NCBI GenBank assembly: GCA_002320595.1
Contig: DCKB01000003.1
Span: 8,106 to 72,105, forward strand
DNA: 64,000 bases
From: Christensenella sp. UBA1685
GTDB taxonomy: Bacteria > Bacillota > Clostridia > Christensenellales > CAG-138
Direction: 5' to 3'
Shown here piece after piece: positions 9,768-19,179 of the stretch. Numbering within the stretch: the stretch's first letter is position 1; the number at the start of each line of letters is the position of its first letter. The notes below the pieces were generated by a model, which saw only the letters and a program-made list of their open reading frames with translations, was not told the DNA's origin and did not search any database. Both the position numbers and the translations under genes were made by a program.

Positions 9768-10832
9768 ATGAAAAGAAAACTTGCTTTGTTTTTTTGCGCG
9801 CTCACATGCGCGCTTCTCATCGCATTCAACCCGGATGCCATGGCGGCTGCGCGGGAGGGCTTCTCGCTGTGGCGGGATTCCGTCATGCCCGCGCTTCTGC
9901 CGTTTTTTGTGTGCACCTCCCTGATGCGTCAGCTGGGCGCGCTGCAAAGCGGCAACGCTGCGGCGCTTTTCGCGCTTGCTTTCGTTTCGGGTGCACCGGG
10001 CGGCGCGCGCCTTTCTTCCCAATACGCAGCGGATGGTGACGTGGATGCCGGGCTTACCTGCCTTGCCGCTTCGCTCAACACCATCAGCCCCATGTATATT
10101 GCTGGCGCGTTCGCAACCGGCATGCTTGGCGCGCCGCAAGCCGCGTTCCCCATTTTAACCGCACAGTTGCTTTCCGCGCTTCTCACCGTGCTTCTTGTGC
10201 GAAAAGCCTACGCCCCTGTGCTCGCCGCAAGCGCGCCGGAGCAGGCGCTCCCGTTTGCGCGCCTGTTTGCCGCAAGCATCGCGGAATCCGTTTCCTCCCT
10301 GCTCTCCATCTGCGGAACAATCATCTTCTTTCTTGTCCTTACGCGCCTCCTTTCAGCCACGGGTGCAATGGCTGTGCTGCTCTGGCCTTTTCGGACCCTC
10401 CTTACCCTGCTCGGCAGCAATGGAGCGCTTGCGGAGGCCGTATTCACGGGGATGCTTGAAATGACAGCCGGCTCAAAAGCGCTTGCAGAGGCCGGTTTGC
10501 CGCTGCGCACAGCCGCAAGCGCGGGCGCGTTTCTCTTCTCCTTCGGCGGGCTTTGTATTGCCGCGCAATCCATGCTGTTCCTGCCGGTCAAGCTCAAGCA
10601 ATATCTTCCGCTCAAGCTTGCACAGGGTGTGCTCGCTGCCCTTCTGTGTTATTTCCTCTTTCCCATCTGCTTCCCCGGCGCAGCACACGCGGGTGCAGTC
10701 AGCGGCGAAACGCTTGCGGAAAACGCGCTCACCGCAACGGCCATCTTTGCCGTTTCGCTGCTCGGCGTGGGGACGGTTCTGTTGTTCTCGGCCATAGCGG
10801 GAAAGCGCAAACGCCTGCGCACACGAAAATAA
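9768..10832 (+). CDS. ylbJ: Sporulation integral membrane protein YlbJ-like (nucleoside-recognition/gate-domain membrane protein)
   Basis: 354 aa, polytopic. Motif REGFSLWRDSVMPALLPFFV resembles the YlbJ N-terminus. It is a neighbour of ylbM/coaD/rsmD homologues as in B. subtilis. Confidence 0.65.
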   Translation: MKRKLALFFCALTCALLIAFNPDAMAAAREGFSLWRDSVMPALLPFFVCTSLMRQLGALQSGNAAALFALAFVSGAPGGARLSSQYAADGDVDAGLTCLAASLNTISPMYIAGAFATGMLGAPQAAFPILTAQLLSALLTVLLVRKAYAPVLAASAPEQALPFARLFAASIAESVSSLLSICGTIIFFLVLTRLLSATGAMAVLLWPFRTLLTLLGSNGALAEAVFTGMLEMTAGSKALAEAGLPLRTAASAGAFLFSFGGLCIAAQSMLFLPVKLKQYLPLKLAQGVLAALLCYFLFPICFPGAAHAGAVSGETLAENALTATAIFAVSLLGVGTVLLFSAIAGKRKRLRTRK

Positions 10833-10896
10833 ACATAAAAAAGCGGCCCTGCAACCATCGCGGGAGCCGCTCCTGTAATCCGGCCTGAAACCGGGC

Positions 10897-11685
10897 TTAT
10901 TCCTCTTCGTCGTCGAAATCGATGTCCTCGACTTTCTTCCTGCGCTTGAACAGGCCGCTCAGGAAGCCGCCTTTTGCGTCATCCTCAAACTCGTCTTCAT
11001 CATCGAAGCCATCATCATATGCCTCATCAATCGGTTCGGGCGCAGGCTTCGCCCTCCGGCGCGCGGGCTGCGGCGCTGCCGTCTGATCAGCGGCAGGTTG
11101 GTATTCCGGCTGCGGCGCTGCGGGGGCAGCCGGTTCACTCTGTTGGGTACGCGCATCAAGATCCTTCCGGTTGAGAGCAACGAGCTGCTTATATTCGCCA
11201 AGGAAGCTCTCGAGGTCTTTCAAAACGTCGTCCGCATAGCATTTTGCGTTTTCAAACACAAGGCTTGCGTTCGCTTCCGCCTTCTTGGCAAGAAGTTCGG
11301 CGCGCCGCTGCGCTTCCTGATAGATCTCATCTTCCTGCACAAGGCGTTCATATTCCTGCTTCGCCTTCTCCACAATGTCATCCGCAGCAGCGTGTGCCTG
11401 CGCAATCAGTCTGTCGGCCTCTTCCTGTGCGTTTGCCACAACGTCGCGCGCATGCTCATCTGCATTGTCGATCATCGTTTGGGATTCAATCATCACGCTG
11501 TTCGCGCGGCGGATATCCTCCGGAATGGTTACCTTAAGGTCTCCCAGAAGATCGATCATCTCCTCCGCATCAATCACGCGCTTGTTTGCTCCGTTGCCGA
11601 GCTTCGGCCTCGGGCTGCGCTCAATCATATCCTCAAGCTGGCCGATAATGGTAAAAATCTGCATGTTTTGCGTGTTATTGCTCAT
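10897..11685 (-). CDS. Hypothetical coiled-coil protein with ATP-synthase-b/V-ATPase-G-like helical segment and acidic tail
   Basis: 262 aa. Central A/E/Q-rich helix (AQEEADRLIAQAHAAADDIVEKAKQEYERL), a P/A/Q linker, and a D/E-rich C-terminus containing GGFLSGLFKRRKK. Its start overlaps the coaD stop by 11 nt. Confidence 0.7.
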   Translation of the reverse strand: MSNNTQNMQIFTIIGQLEDMIERSPRPKLGNGANKRVIDAEEMIDLLGDLKVTIPEDIRRANSVMIESQTMIDNADEHARDVVANAQEEADRLIAQAHAAADDIVEKAKQEYERLVQEDEIYQEAQRRAELLAKKAEANASLVFENAKCYADDVLKDLESFLGEYKQLVALNRKDLDARTQQSEPAAPAAPQPEYQPAADQTAAPQPARRRAKPAPEPIDEAYDDGFDDEDEFEDDAKGGFLSGLFKRRKKVEDIDFDDEEE

Positions 11686-12169
11686 CGCTTCTGACCCTTT
11701 CTGCGATTATTTTACATATTTGATCGGGCACAAGCCCGCTTATGCCGGCTCCGGACGCCATCAGCATGCGCACGGCGCTCGAGCTGATGTGTACGTGTGC
11801 GGGGTCGGATGCAAGATAAACGGTTTCAAGCTCCGGCGAAAGCCTTCGGTTAAAATATTCCATGGAATATTCATAATCGAAATCCACACCGTTTCTAAGG
11901 CCGCGCACGTTATATGCTGCACCCGCAAGGCGCGCAAAATCCACCAAAAGTCCCGAAAATACCGAAACGGGTGCGTTATCAATCCCTGCTTCGCGCACGG
12001 CAGAGCGGATCATTGCGCAGCGTTCCTCCGGGGAAAACAGCGGATGCTTCTCCGGGTTAACGAGCACGCCCACATGCACCTCGTCAAACAGCGCCGCCGC
12101 GCGGCGCAACACGTCCATATGGCCGATGGTAAACGGGTCGAACGACCCGGCGAATACCGCCTTTTTCAT
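11675..12169 (-). CDS. coaD: Phosphopantetheine adenylyltransferase
   Basis: Start trimmed to MKKAVFAGSFDPFTIGHMDV (canonical CoaD). ATGA overlap with the rsmD stop. Confidence 0.9.
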   Translation of the reverse strand: MKKAVFAGSFDPFTIGHMDVLRRAAALFDEVHVGVLVNPEKHPLFSPEERCAMIRSAVREAGIDNAPVSVFSGLLVDFARLAGAAYNVRGLRNGVDFDYEYSMEYFNRRLSPELETVYLASDPAHVHISSSAVRMLMASGAGISGLVPDQICKIIAERVRSDEQ

Positions 12170-12735
12170 GCACGCTCCTCCTCGAAGATGGAAAGGCCCG
12201 CAATCCCATATTTCCTTCGGTCGCAAAGCGTGAAGCCCGGGGGCGTTTCAGGCGGCAGGTTCGCCGCATGCTCTGCAATGATGCGGCAGCCCGGAGCAAG
12301 CACCTCTGCCGTTTTCAGCGCGGCAAGCGTTTCTTCCAAAAACCCCGCGCGATACGGCGGATCAAGAAACACAAGCCCGAATCGGAACCCTGCACGCGCC
12401 GCAGCTTGAATTGCCGCACGGTAATCCAGCGAATATATGGTGGATTGCCGCAAAAAGCCCAGTTTTTCAACGTTTGTGCGCACAGCCGTAGCGCTCTCGC
12501 GCGCCGCATCGTTAAACACGGCATGCTCAGCGCCGCGGGAAAGCGCTTCCAAGCCCAGATTTCCTGAGCCTGCGAACAGGTCGAGTACGGTTTTTCCCGC
12601 AATCTCGAACTGGATGATGCCAAAAAGCGATTCCTTGACCCTGTCAAGCGTGGGACGCGTATCGCGGCCTTTCGGCACTGCGATGGGTTGCCCGCGCTTT
12701 GTGCCGGCTATGATGCGCAATGCTTTCCTCCACAA
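12166..12735 (-). CDS. rsmD: 16S rRNA (guanine966-N2)-methyltransferase RsmD
   Basis: 189 aa, LRIIAGTKRG...RPTLDRVKESLF...LDLFAGSGNLGLEALSRGA...FLDPPY motifs. Confidence 0.9.
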   Translation of the reverse strand: MWRKALRIIAGTKRGQPIAVPKGRDTRPTLDRVKESLFGIIQFEIAGKTVLDLFAGSGNLGLEALSRGAEHAVFNDAARESATAVRTNVEKLGFLRQSTIYSLDYRAAIQAAARAGFRFGLVFLDPPYRAGFLEETLAALKTAEVLAPGCRIIAEHAANLPPETPPGFTLCDRRKYGIAGLSIFEEERA

Positions 12736-12772
12736 ATGGATTCAAAGTATTTTATCATTGTTTTATCCCTGC

Positions 12773-13360
12773 TTACAAGCATGAATACATTTTATTAACA
12801 ATAATTCCATTGTTTTCCGCAATTAGATCCATTTTTACATCCCATTTCTCACACGGAACCCGCTCCTGCACCTGAAAATCGAACGCGAGGCCCGCTTTCG
12901 GGCAGGAAAGCTCCGGCAGCAGGCGGTCATAATAGCCCGCCCCTTGGCCAAGGCGGCTGCAATCCCGCCCGAACGCCACGCCGGGAATGATGGCGAATCC
13001 CACCTCCGCAGGAAAAACGGATCGGCACCGGGCGGGAACCGGCTCCAGAATGCCATAGCTTCCGGGTGCAAGCGCATCCGGTGCGAGCGGTTCGTACAGT
13101 GCAAGGCGGTTCCCCGGCAAGCACAGTGGAAAGGCAATGCGCTTGCCGGCCGCACGTGCGGCGAGAACCGCCGGGGCCGGGTCACACTCCTGCGGCATGG
13201 CGCAATAGGCGAGCAGCACGGCCGCCCGCTGAAACGCGGGATGCGCAATGAGCTGCGCACAGGCATCGGCGGAACGCAATGCGCGCTCCGCCGGAGGCTG
13301 TGCATGAAGGCGCGCGCGCACCGCACGGCGCACCGCCTGTTTTTCTTCCATCAGGCGCAT
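12773..13360 (-). CDS. 5-formyltetrahydrofolate cyclo-ligase
   Basis: 195 aa. Contains the C-terminal GVAFGRDCSRLGQGAGYYDRLL motif of the MTHFS family. The start could instead be the ATG at 13351. Confidence 0.85.
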   Translation of the reverse strand: MRLMEEKQAVRRAVRARLHAQPPAERALRSADACAQLIAHPAFQRAAVLLAYCAMPQECDPAPAVLAARAAGKRIAFPLCLPGNRLALYEPLAPDALAPGSYGILEPVPARCRSVFPAEVGFAIIPGVAFGRDCSRLGQGAGYYDRLLPELSCPKAGLAFDFQVQERVPCEKWDVKMDLIAENNGIIVNKMYSCL

Positions 13361-13372
13361 TTTTGTTTCAGC

Positions 13373-14536
13373 TCATTCCTCGTGGGCAATTTTTCCGTTT
13401 ACGAGCGTCAGCACACAGCGCGCGCGGAAATCGAGCGGGTGTCCGTTGAACACGGCGACATCCGCGTCCTTTCCGGGTTCAAGGCTTCCCACGCGGTCGT
13501 CAATGCCGGCGATGCGCGCCGCATTGATCGTAATGGAACGGAGCGCCTCTTCCTCCGGCAGTCCTTCCCGTACGGCGAGCGCCGCGCACACGGGCAGGTA
13601 TTGTTCCGGAATCACGGGATGGTCCGTCATCATCGCAAATTCGATGCCGTTGTCGTAGAGCGCCTTGGGCGCAGCAAACGAAAGGTTTTTCAGTTCGATT
13701 TTGCTGCGTTCGGAGAGAAGCGGCCCCACGATGATGCCAGCGCCTTGTTCGGCGATGGCGCGCTTTAAATGCTCCGGGATCAGATAGCCTTCCGTGCAGT
13801 GATCCAGCGTAAAGCGGATGTTGAATTCCTTTGCGACGCGGATCGCGGTCAGGATGTCATCCGCGCGATGGCAGTGAATTTTGAGCGGAAGCTCCCGCCG
13901 CACAACAGAGAGCAGCGCCTCCCTGCCGAAATCGCGTGCAGGGCGCTTTGCGGGATCGTCCTTCGCCTCCTCCAGCTTCCGGCCGTATTCCTGCGCATCC
14001 AAAAGGGCTTTGCGCAGAATTGCAGCCGTTGCCATACGCGTCTGCGGTGTTTTGTCCGAGCTCCCATATACGCGCTTCGGGTTTTCGCCAAAGGCGGCTT
14101 TCATCGCAACCGGGAAGCGCAGGGTCATATCCTCTACGGAATCGCCCGCGGTTTTGACGGCCGCGAACTGCCCGCCTACAACGTTTGCGCTGCCGGGGCC
14201 TGTGACGCAGGTCGTAACGCCCGCAGCGCAAGCCTCCGCAAAGCAGCGGTCATACGGGTTGATGGCATCGATTGCGCGCAGCTCGGGTGTGACCGGGTTC
14301 GTGCATTCGTTGCCGTCCGATCCTTCGCTTCCCATACCGTCCTCCCACATGCCGATATGGCAATGGGCGTCCACGATGCCAGGCAGGACATAGCAGCCCG
14401 AAACATCACGCACTTCAGCGTTTTCCGCAGGCAGGTTTTCGCCGATTGCAGCGATTTTTCCGTTTTCCACCGCAATGTCACCCACGAATTCGGGGCCGGC
14501 CATGGTCAAAAGCCTTCCGTTCTTTAAAATCAGCAC
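13373..14536 (-). CDS. Metal-dependent amidohydrolase family protein
   Basis: 387 aa, GTG start with SD AAGGAGA. PGIVDAHCHIG metal-binding HxH motif near the N-terminus. Substrate unknown. Confidence 0.8.
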   Translation of the reverse strand: MLILKNGRLLTMAGPEFVGDIAVENGKIAAIGENLPAENAEVRDVSGCYVLPGIVDAHCHIGMWEDGMGSEGSDGNECTNPVTPELRAIDAINPYDRCFAEACAAGVTTCVTGPGSANVVGGQFAAVKTAGDSVEDMTLRFPVAMKAAFGENPKRVYGSSDKTPQTRMATAAILRKALLDAQEYGRKLEEAKDDPAKRPARDFGREALLSVVRRELPLKIHCHRADDILTAIRVAKEFNIRFTLDHCTEGYLIPEHLKRAIAEQGAGIIVGPLLSERSKIELKNLSFAAPKALYDNGIEFAMMTDHPVIPEQYLPVCAALAVREGLPEEEALRSITINAARIAGIDDRVGSLEPGKDADVAVFNGHPLDFRARCVLTLVNGKIAHEE

Positions 14537-14554
14537 AGCAATTTCTCCTTTTCG

Positions 14555-15427
14555 TTATTTGGATTGATACACGCTGTTTTGCAGCGTTAATTCGATCATT
14601 TCCGTCACATCCCGCGCCATGAGCATCCGCTCGCGCAGAAGGTCAAGTGCCGCGTCTGCGGATGCGCCGAGCAGGTAAGAAGCAGCGCATGCCGCATCAA
14701 ATGGCGCAAGCTTTTGCCCAAGCATTGCAAGCGCAATGCCGGAGAGCACATCGCCGCTGCCGCCCTTTGCAAGACCAGGGTTTCCCGTTTCATTCCACGC
14801 AAAACGACCGTCCGGCGCAGCCACCACGCTGCGGGCGCCCTTTAAGAGCACCGTGCAGCCCCATTGCGCCGCCGAGCGCAGCGCGAATGCTTTCTGGTTT
14901 TCCCGCACTTCAGGGATGCTGATGCCTAGGAGCCGTGCCATCTCGCCAAAATGCGGCGTGAGCACCACATTGCCATGGAGCGCAGCGCGCGCCTCTGTGT
15001 TGCGCGCAAGCGCGAACAACCCGTCCGCATCCACGACCACAGGCTTTCCCGCAGAGAGTACAAGCCGGAGCACACCGTCCGTTTCCGCTGCACGCCCCAT
15101 GCCCGGGCCGATGGCGATGCAGGTTGCCGCATCAAGATACGGCCGCAGGAACGCTTCCGTGCAGGCATCCCAGCGTTCGCCCGGGAGCGGGGCCAGCATG
15201 GCTTCCGGCAACGCGCGCAGGCCCGCGGCAGCAGATGCGGGACAGAGAACCTTCAGCGTGCCAATGCCCGCGCGCAAAGCGGCCGTTGCCGCCATGCAGG
15301 CTGCGCCCGGCATGCTGCCGCTGCCCGCGAGCAAAAGCCCGTGGCCACTGTCGCCCTTGTTGCTTTCCCGCCTGCGCGGCCCAAGCAGCGCCGCGATTTT
15401 ATCCTTTGTCAGCGTGTGCCCGTCCAT
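14555..15427 (-). CDS. nnrD: ADP-dependent NAD(P)H-hydrate dehydratase (dehydratase domain only)
   Basis: 290 aa, SNKGDSGHGLLLAGS...LKG...GNPGLAKGGSGDVLSG motifs of the YjeF C-terminal carbohydrate-kinase family. No N-terminal epimerase domain. Confidence 0.85.
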   Translation of the reverse strand: MDGHTLTKDKIAALLGPRRRESNKGDSGHGLLLAGSGSMPGAACMAATAALRAGIGTLKVLCPASAAAGLRALPEAMLAPLPGERWDACTEAFLRPYLDAATCIAIGPGMGRAAETDGVLRLVLSAGKPVVVDADGLFALARNTEARAALHGNVVLTPHFGEMARLLGISIPEVRENQKAFALRSAAQWGCTVLLKGARSVVAAPDGRFAWNETGNPGLAKGGSGDVLSGIALAMLGQKLAPFDAACAASYLLGASADAALDLLRERMLMARDVTEMIELTLQNSVYQSK

Positions 15428-15456
15428 CCGTTTCCTTTCCTTGGTTTACGCCGCAT

Positions 15457-15482
15457 AAAAAAGGCGGGGAACTACTCCCGCC
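15457..15482 (-). terminator. Rho-independent terminator after acpS
   Basis: Minus strand reads ggcgggagtagttccccgcc followed by TTTTTT. Confidence 0.6.
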
Positions 15483-15496
15483 TGGCAGAGCGAAGC

Positions 15497-15865
15497 TCAA
15501 TCTTCAACGATTGCTTGCGCCACTGCGAGCTGCTTGATGTGGGAAATGCTGACATGCACCGTTTTCCCGGTCAGTTCCCGCATGCGCGAAAGCGCAGCGT
15601 TTTGCAGCGTGGCATAGGGTTTTCCGTTTTCGTCGTGCAGCACCTCGATATCCGTCCACTTGATGCCCCGAAAGCCCACGGAAAGCGCTTTTGCCGTCGC
15701 TTCTTTGGCAGCAAAGGTGCCTGCGATTGTCTGCGGTTCAAAATTAAACCGTTCAAAATAGGCCTGTTCCGCCGGGGTGAACACCATCTTAAGGAACGCT
15801 GGCTTCGCCGCAGCCTTCTTTACGCGCTCAACTTCGATGATATCAATGCCGGTTCCAATTACCAT
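15497..15865 (-). CDS. acpS: Holo-[acyl-carrier-protein] synthase
   Basis: 122 aa, MVIGTGIDIIEVERV N-terminus typical of AcpS. Confidence 0.9.
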   Translation of the reverse strand: MVIGTGIDIIEVERVKKAAAKPAFLKMVFTPAEQAYFERFNFEPQTIAGTFAAKEATAKALSVGFRGIKWTDIEVLHDENGKPYATLQNAALSRMRELTGKTVHVSISHIKQLAVAQAIVED

Positions 15866-15941
15866 GCGCTCACTCCCATGCCTTTGAATTTGCCATGTAA
15901 TATTCTACCATAGATTGCTTAAATGTCAAACCGCTCCCCAC

Positions 15942-16859
15942 TTAGGTATGCTTTTCAGCGCTTTTGACCGCATCAAGCACCGCCATGGCCATCACCGTGG
16001 GGGCGGCCGCCAGGATCGGCAGCAAAGGCTGTTGCGAAAGCGCACAGGTTGAAACGCCGAAGATCGTGTCCCCATCCATTGAAGTGTGCACCGGGCGGAT
16101 CGCCATTGCAAGGCCGTCGTGCGCCATGGAGGCAAGCTTGTTCGCCTCCTCACGCGTAAGCGCGGCATCCGTTGCAATCACGCCGATTGTGGTGTTTCCA
16201 AAGCCAGCCCCGGCAAGCGCCGCCGCGCCCAGGCAAGGCGTTTTCACACCGTTTATCGTAGCGGCTGCAATCAGCTCGCCCGTTCCGGGATCGTAAACAT
16301 CGCCAAGCGCATTCACCACCACGAGCGCCGCAAGCTTTGCACCGCCGGGAAGCGTAATGCACGCGGTGCCTACGCCGCCCTTTGCGGCATGCTCCGGCCC
16401 CATCGCTTTGCCGAGCGTCGCCCCCGTCCCTGCACCCACACTGCCGGTCTCCACCGGGCCGTCCGTCGCCGCCCTGCAGGCAAGATATCCTTCCTCCTTG
16501 CCCGGGCGCACATGCGCGCTGCCTACGCCAAGATCAAAAATCACCGCCGCAGGCACGATGGGTACCACGCCTACGCCAACATCCGTGCCGAGATTTTTTT
16601 CTTCAAGATATTGCATTGCGCCGGAGGCCGCATCCAGCCCATATGCGCTGCCGCCTGAGAGCATCACCGCCTGAATGCGTTCCACAACGTTATACCCGCG
16701 CAGAAGATCCGTTTCCCGCGTTCCGGGTGCGCTGCCGCGCACATCCACGCCTCCGACCGCGCCTCCCTCGAACAAAACGGCCGTGCAGCCTGTCATTGCC
16801 GCTGCATCCGTATAATGGCCGACCTTGATTCCCGCAATCTCCGTAATACCCCTGTTCAT
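15942..16859 (-). CDS. Peptidase family S58 (DmpA/P1 aminopeptidase-like)
   Basis: Start trimmed to MNRGITEIAGIKVGHYTD...GCTAVL...GSAPGTRETDLL, typical of DmpA-like Ntn hydrolases. The 89 upstream codons of the track ORF overlap birA and look spurious. Confidence 0.8.
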   Translation of the reverse strand: MNRGITEIAGIKVGHYTDAAAMTGCTAVLFEGGAVGGVDVRGSAPGTRETDLLRGYNVVERIQAVMLSGGSAYGLDAASGAMQYLEEKNLGTDVGVGVVPIVPAAVIFDLGVGSAHVRPGKEEGYLACRAATDGPVETGSVGAGTGATLGKAMGPEHAAKGGVGTACITLPGGAKLAALVVVNALGDVYDPGTGELIAAATINGVKTPCLGAAALAGAGFGNTTIGVIATDAALTREEANKLASMAHDGLAMAIRPVHTSMDGDTIFGVSTCALSQQPLLPILAAAPTVMAMAVLDAVKSAEKHT

Positions 16860-16861
16860 GC

Positions 16862-17680
16862 TTATTCTTTCTCCCTTTCTTCCGAATTTTCCGCATTGCG
16901 AAGCGAAACATCCCCGGCTTGAATCGTAAGGAGCGCGCCATCCGCCGTGCGCAGAAGAAGCCGCCCCAATGTATCGAGTCCCTCCGCCCTGCCGCAGCGG
17001 ACGCCATCCACACCCGTTATCTTCACCTGCCGCCCCAACGTGCAGGACAGGCGACAGTATTCCTCCATCAGCGCTGCATAGGCCGCATCCTCCCCGCAGG
17101 CGGGGAAAAGCGGCGCAAGCGCGCACAAAACTTCCGAAATCACCCGTTCGAGCGCAACCGTATGCCCTGTTTCAAGAAGGAGCGACGTCGCTGTTTCCGC
17201 AAGTTCTCCGGGAAACGCGCGCTGACCCACATTGATGCCAATACCGCAAACGATATAAGGGCGTCCCCCGCCCTGCGTTCCCAACTCCGAAAGGATGCCG
17301 GAAAGCTTTTTGCCGCCTGCATACACATCATTCGGCCACTTGATTGCCGCATCCGCACCGAACGTGCGGAGCGCGCGGCAAACGCCGAGCGCCGCCGCGA
17401 TCGTAATGCGCGGCGCGCACTCCGCCGGGAATTCCGGCCGCAGCAGCAGGCTCATGCAGACCGCGGCGCCCGCTTCGCTTTGCCAGGCCCTGCCGCGCCG
17501 CCCGCGCCCTGCCGTCTGCCGGTTTGCGAGCACAAGCGTGCCGGATGGCGCGTCCTCCGCTGCGAGCGCCTTTGCCGCAAGGTTTGTTGAGGGCGTTTCC
17601 TCTAAAACGATAATGCGCCGCGCAAGGGAGTTCCCCGCGAGCTTCTCCGCCAACGCGGCGGGGTCAATCCTCGTCATCAT
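16862..17680 (-). CDS. birA: Biotin--[acetyl-CoA-carboxylase] ligase (group I, no HTH domain)
   Basis: 272 aa, QTAGRGRRGRAWQS (GRGRxGRxW) and KWPNDV motifs. Confidence 0.9.
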   Translation of the reverse strand: MMTRIDPAALAEKLAGNSLARRIIVLEETPSTNLAAKALAAEDAPSGTLVLANRQTAGRGRRGRAWQSEAGAAVCMSLLLRPEFPAECAPRITIAAALGVCRALRTFGADAAIKWPNDVYAGGKKLSGILSELGTQGGGRPYIVCGIGINVGQRAFPGELAETATSLLLETGHTVALERVISEVLCALAPLFPACGEDAAYAALMEEYCRLSCTLGRQVKITGVDGVRCGRAEGLDTLGRLLLRTADGALLTIQAGDVSLRNAENSEEREKE

Positions 17681-18182
17681 CCTCTCCTATGCAAGCTGAA
17701 AGGCCTTCCGCATCCCCGAACACGGCTTCAAGCGCTGCACGCGAAGCCTCATATTCAAATCCGCGGCCCACGAGCCTGCGCATCGTGCGCAGTTTCCGCT
17801 CCTCCGGCTCCAGCGCCGAAAACTGGCGGGCAAACTTTTCTGCAACGGTGCGCGCGCCTGCCCACTCGGTTTCGTCCGTCACCTGCTCCATGGCTGCATC
17901 AATCAAACCCTTCGACAGCTTATGCGTATAAAGCTGCTCCCTGAGCTTGCGGCGGCTGACGGGCCTTGCCGCAAGGCGGGTGGAAACGAAATCCGCAGCG
18001 TACTTTGCATCGTCCAAATATCCGAGTTCTTTCAGGCGCTCGACCACCTGATACACTTCATATTCGCCGTAGTTGAGCGAATCCAGATGATCCTCCATTT
18101 CGCGCACGGTACGCGCCTTTGCGGTGAGGAACTTGAGCCCAGCGTCCATGGGTGTGTTTCCGACCTTGTTCTTCTTCATCAA
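17664..18182 (-). CDS. recX: Regulatory protein RecX
   Basis: 172 aa with repeated RecX helical modules (YLDDAKYAADFVSTRL..., SRRKLREQLYTHKLSKGLIDAAM). Confidence 0.8.
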   Translation of the reverse strand: MMKKNKVGNTPMDAGLKFLTAKARTVREMEDHLDSLNYGEYEVYQVVERLKELGYLDDAKYAADFVSTRLAARPVSRRKLREQLYTHKLSKGLIDAAMEQVTDETEWAGARTVAEKFARQFSALEPEERKLRTMRRLVGRGFEYEASRAALEAVFGDAEGLSACIGEDDDED

Positions 18183-18317
18183 AAATTACCAATTCCTTCT
18201 TTTATATTCAAATTTCGGAAAAACAATTCCCTCCAAATCTGTTCTGCTTCTATCATAATAATCAACGCGCTGCCGTGCAATACTAAATCCATCAATCATC
18301 CATACAAGGAGGGCAAA

Positions 18318-18575
18318 ATGGCAAACAACCAACAGACGTTCAACCCGAACGCTACATTCAATTGGGACACAGAAGCCGGCGCACCGCAGATCGATACGAA
18401 AAACCTCGGCATCATCCAGGATCAGATGCATCACGAGGCGCTGGCGTACAAAAAATGCTGCATGTTTACCGAATGGTTTACCGAGCAGCCGCTTAAGGAC
18501 CTGAGCAATCGCGCGGCGCAGCACCACAAGCAGCATTTTGACGCGCTGATGAACTATCTCAACAGCCACCAATAA
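18318..18575 (+). CDS. Spore coat protein CotF-like (Coat_F domain)
   Basis: 85 aa starting at the internal ATG with SD AAGGAGGG. Motifs DQMHHEALAYKKCCMF...AAQHHKQHFDALMNYL are typical of small Coat F proteins. Confidence 0.7.
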   Translation: MANNQQTFNPNATFNWDTEAGAPQIDTKNLGIIQDQMHHEALAYKKCCMFTEWFTEQPLKDLSNRAAQHHKQHFDALMNYLNSHQ

Positions 18576-18590
18576 GAAGGAGGACTTAGC

Positions 18591-18875
18591 ATGAACAGCA
18601 CCCGACCCAACATGACAGAGCAGGAATTGCTCACCGATTTCCTTTCCCAGGAAAAGCAGCTCGTTAAGGATTACGCGGGCGATGTGACGGAAGCCTCGTG
18701 CGAAAATCTGCGGCAGCTTCTTCTCAGGAACCTGACCGAATGTTCCTCTGATCAACTTGCCGTGTTCGAGCAGATGAAGCAGCGCAACATGTATCAAACC
18801 AAGGATGCGCCCGACAATGAGGTGCGGTCCGCCAAACAAAGCATGCAGCAATTGAAACAGCAGACTGGCTTTTAA
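18591..18875 (+). CDS. Spore coat protein CotF-like (Coat_F domain)
   Basis: 94 aa, LTDFLSQEKQLVKDYAGDVTEASCENLRQLL pattern of the Coat F family. Tandem with the previous gene. Confidence 0.7.
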   Translation: MNSTRPNMTEQELLTDFLSQEKQLVKDYAGDVTEASCENLRQLLLRNLTECSSDQLAVFEQMKQRNMYQTKDAPDNEVRSAKQSMQQLKQQTGF

Positions 18876-18893
18876 TACCGGCCATGGACGGAC

Positions 18894-18924
18894 AAAAGGC
18901 AGCGGAAGGCCCGCTGCCTTTTTT
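18894..18924. terminator. Bidirectional rho-independent terminator
   Basis: aaaaGGCAGCGGaaggcCCGCTGCCtttttt between convergent genes, with A-run and T-run flanks. Confidence 0.7.
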
Positions 18925-18933
18925 GCTTTCCCG

Positions 18934-19179
18934 TCAGTCCGTGTCCGGATCCGGGCGCATTGCCTCCAGTGGATCAACCCCGCCCGTACCGTTTTCTTCC
19001 GTCCCGGCACGCATGCGCAGCACCATCTGTGCCCGGAGCTCGCCCACGGACATCGGTGGCTGTTCGCTCCCCATACAGTCGTGGCACATAGCGCCGCAGT
19101 CCGGGCATTTGCATCCGCTTTCAAGGCCATGCTCAACCTGAACCATGTAGGTTCCGCATACGCGGCAGCTACATCTCAT
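18934..19179 (-). CDS. Cys-rich zinc-ribbon mini-protein, hypothetical
   Basis: 81 aa, CSCRVC...CKCPDC...CHDC clusters then an acidic tail. The ATG overlaps the stop of the upstream lipoprotein gene (ATGA). Confidence 0.55.
   Translation of the reverse strand: MRCSCRVCGTYMVQVEHGLESGCKCPDCGAMCHDCMGSEQPPMSVGELRAQMVLRMRAGTEENGTGGVDPLEAMRPDPDTD

Noticed and set aside
18186-19136. 316-aa minus-strand ORF
   Set aside because: Antisense to both CotF-like genes and crosses the bidirectional terminator.
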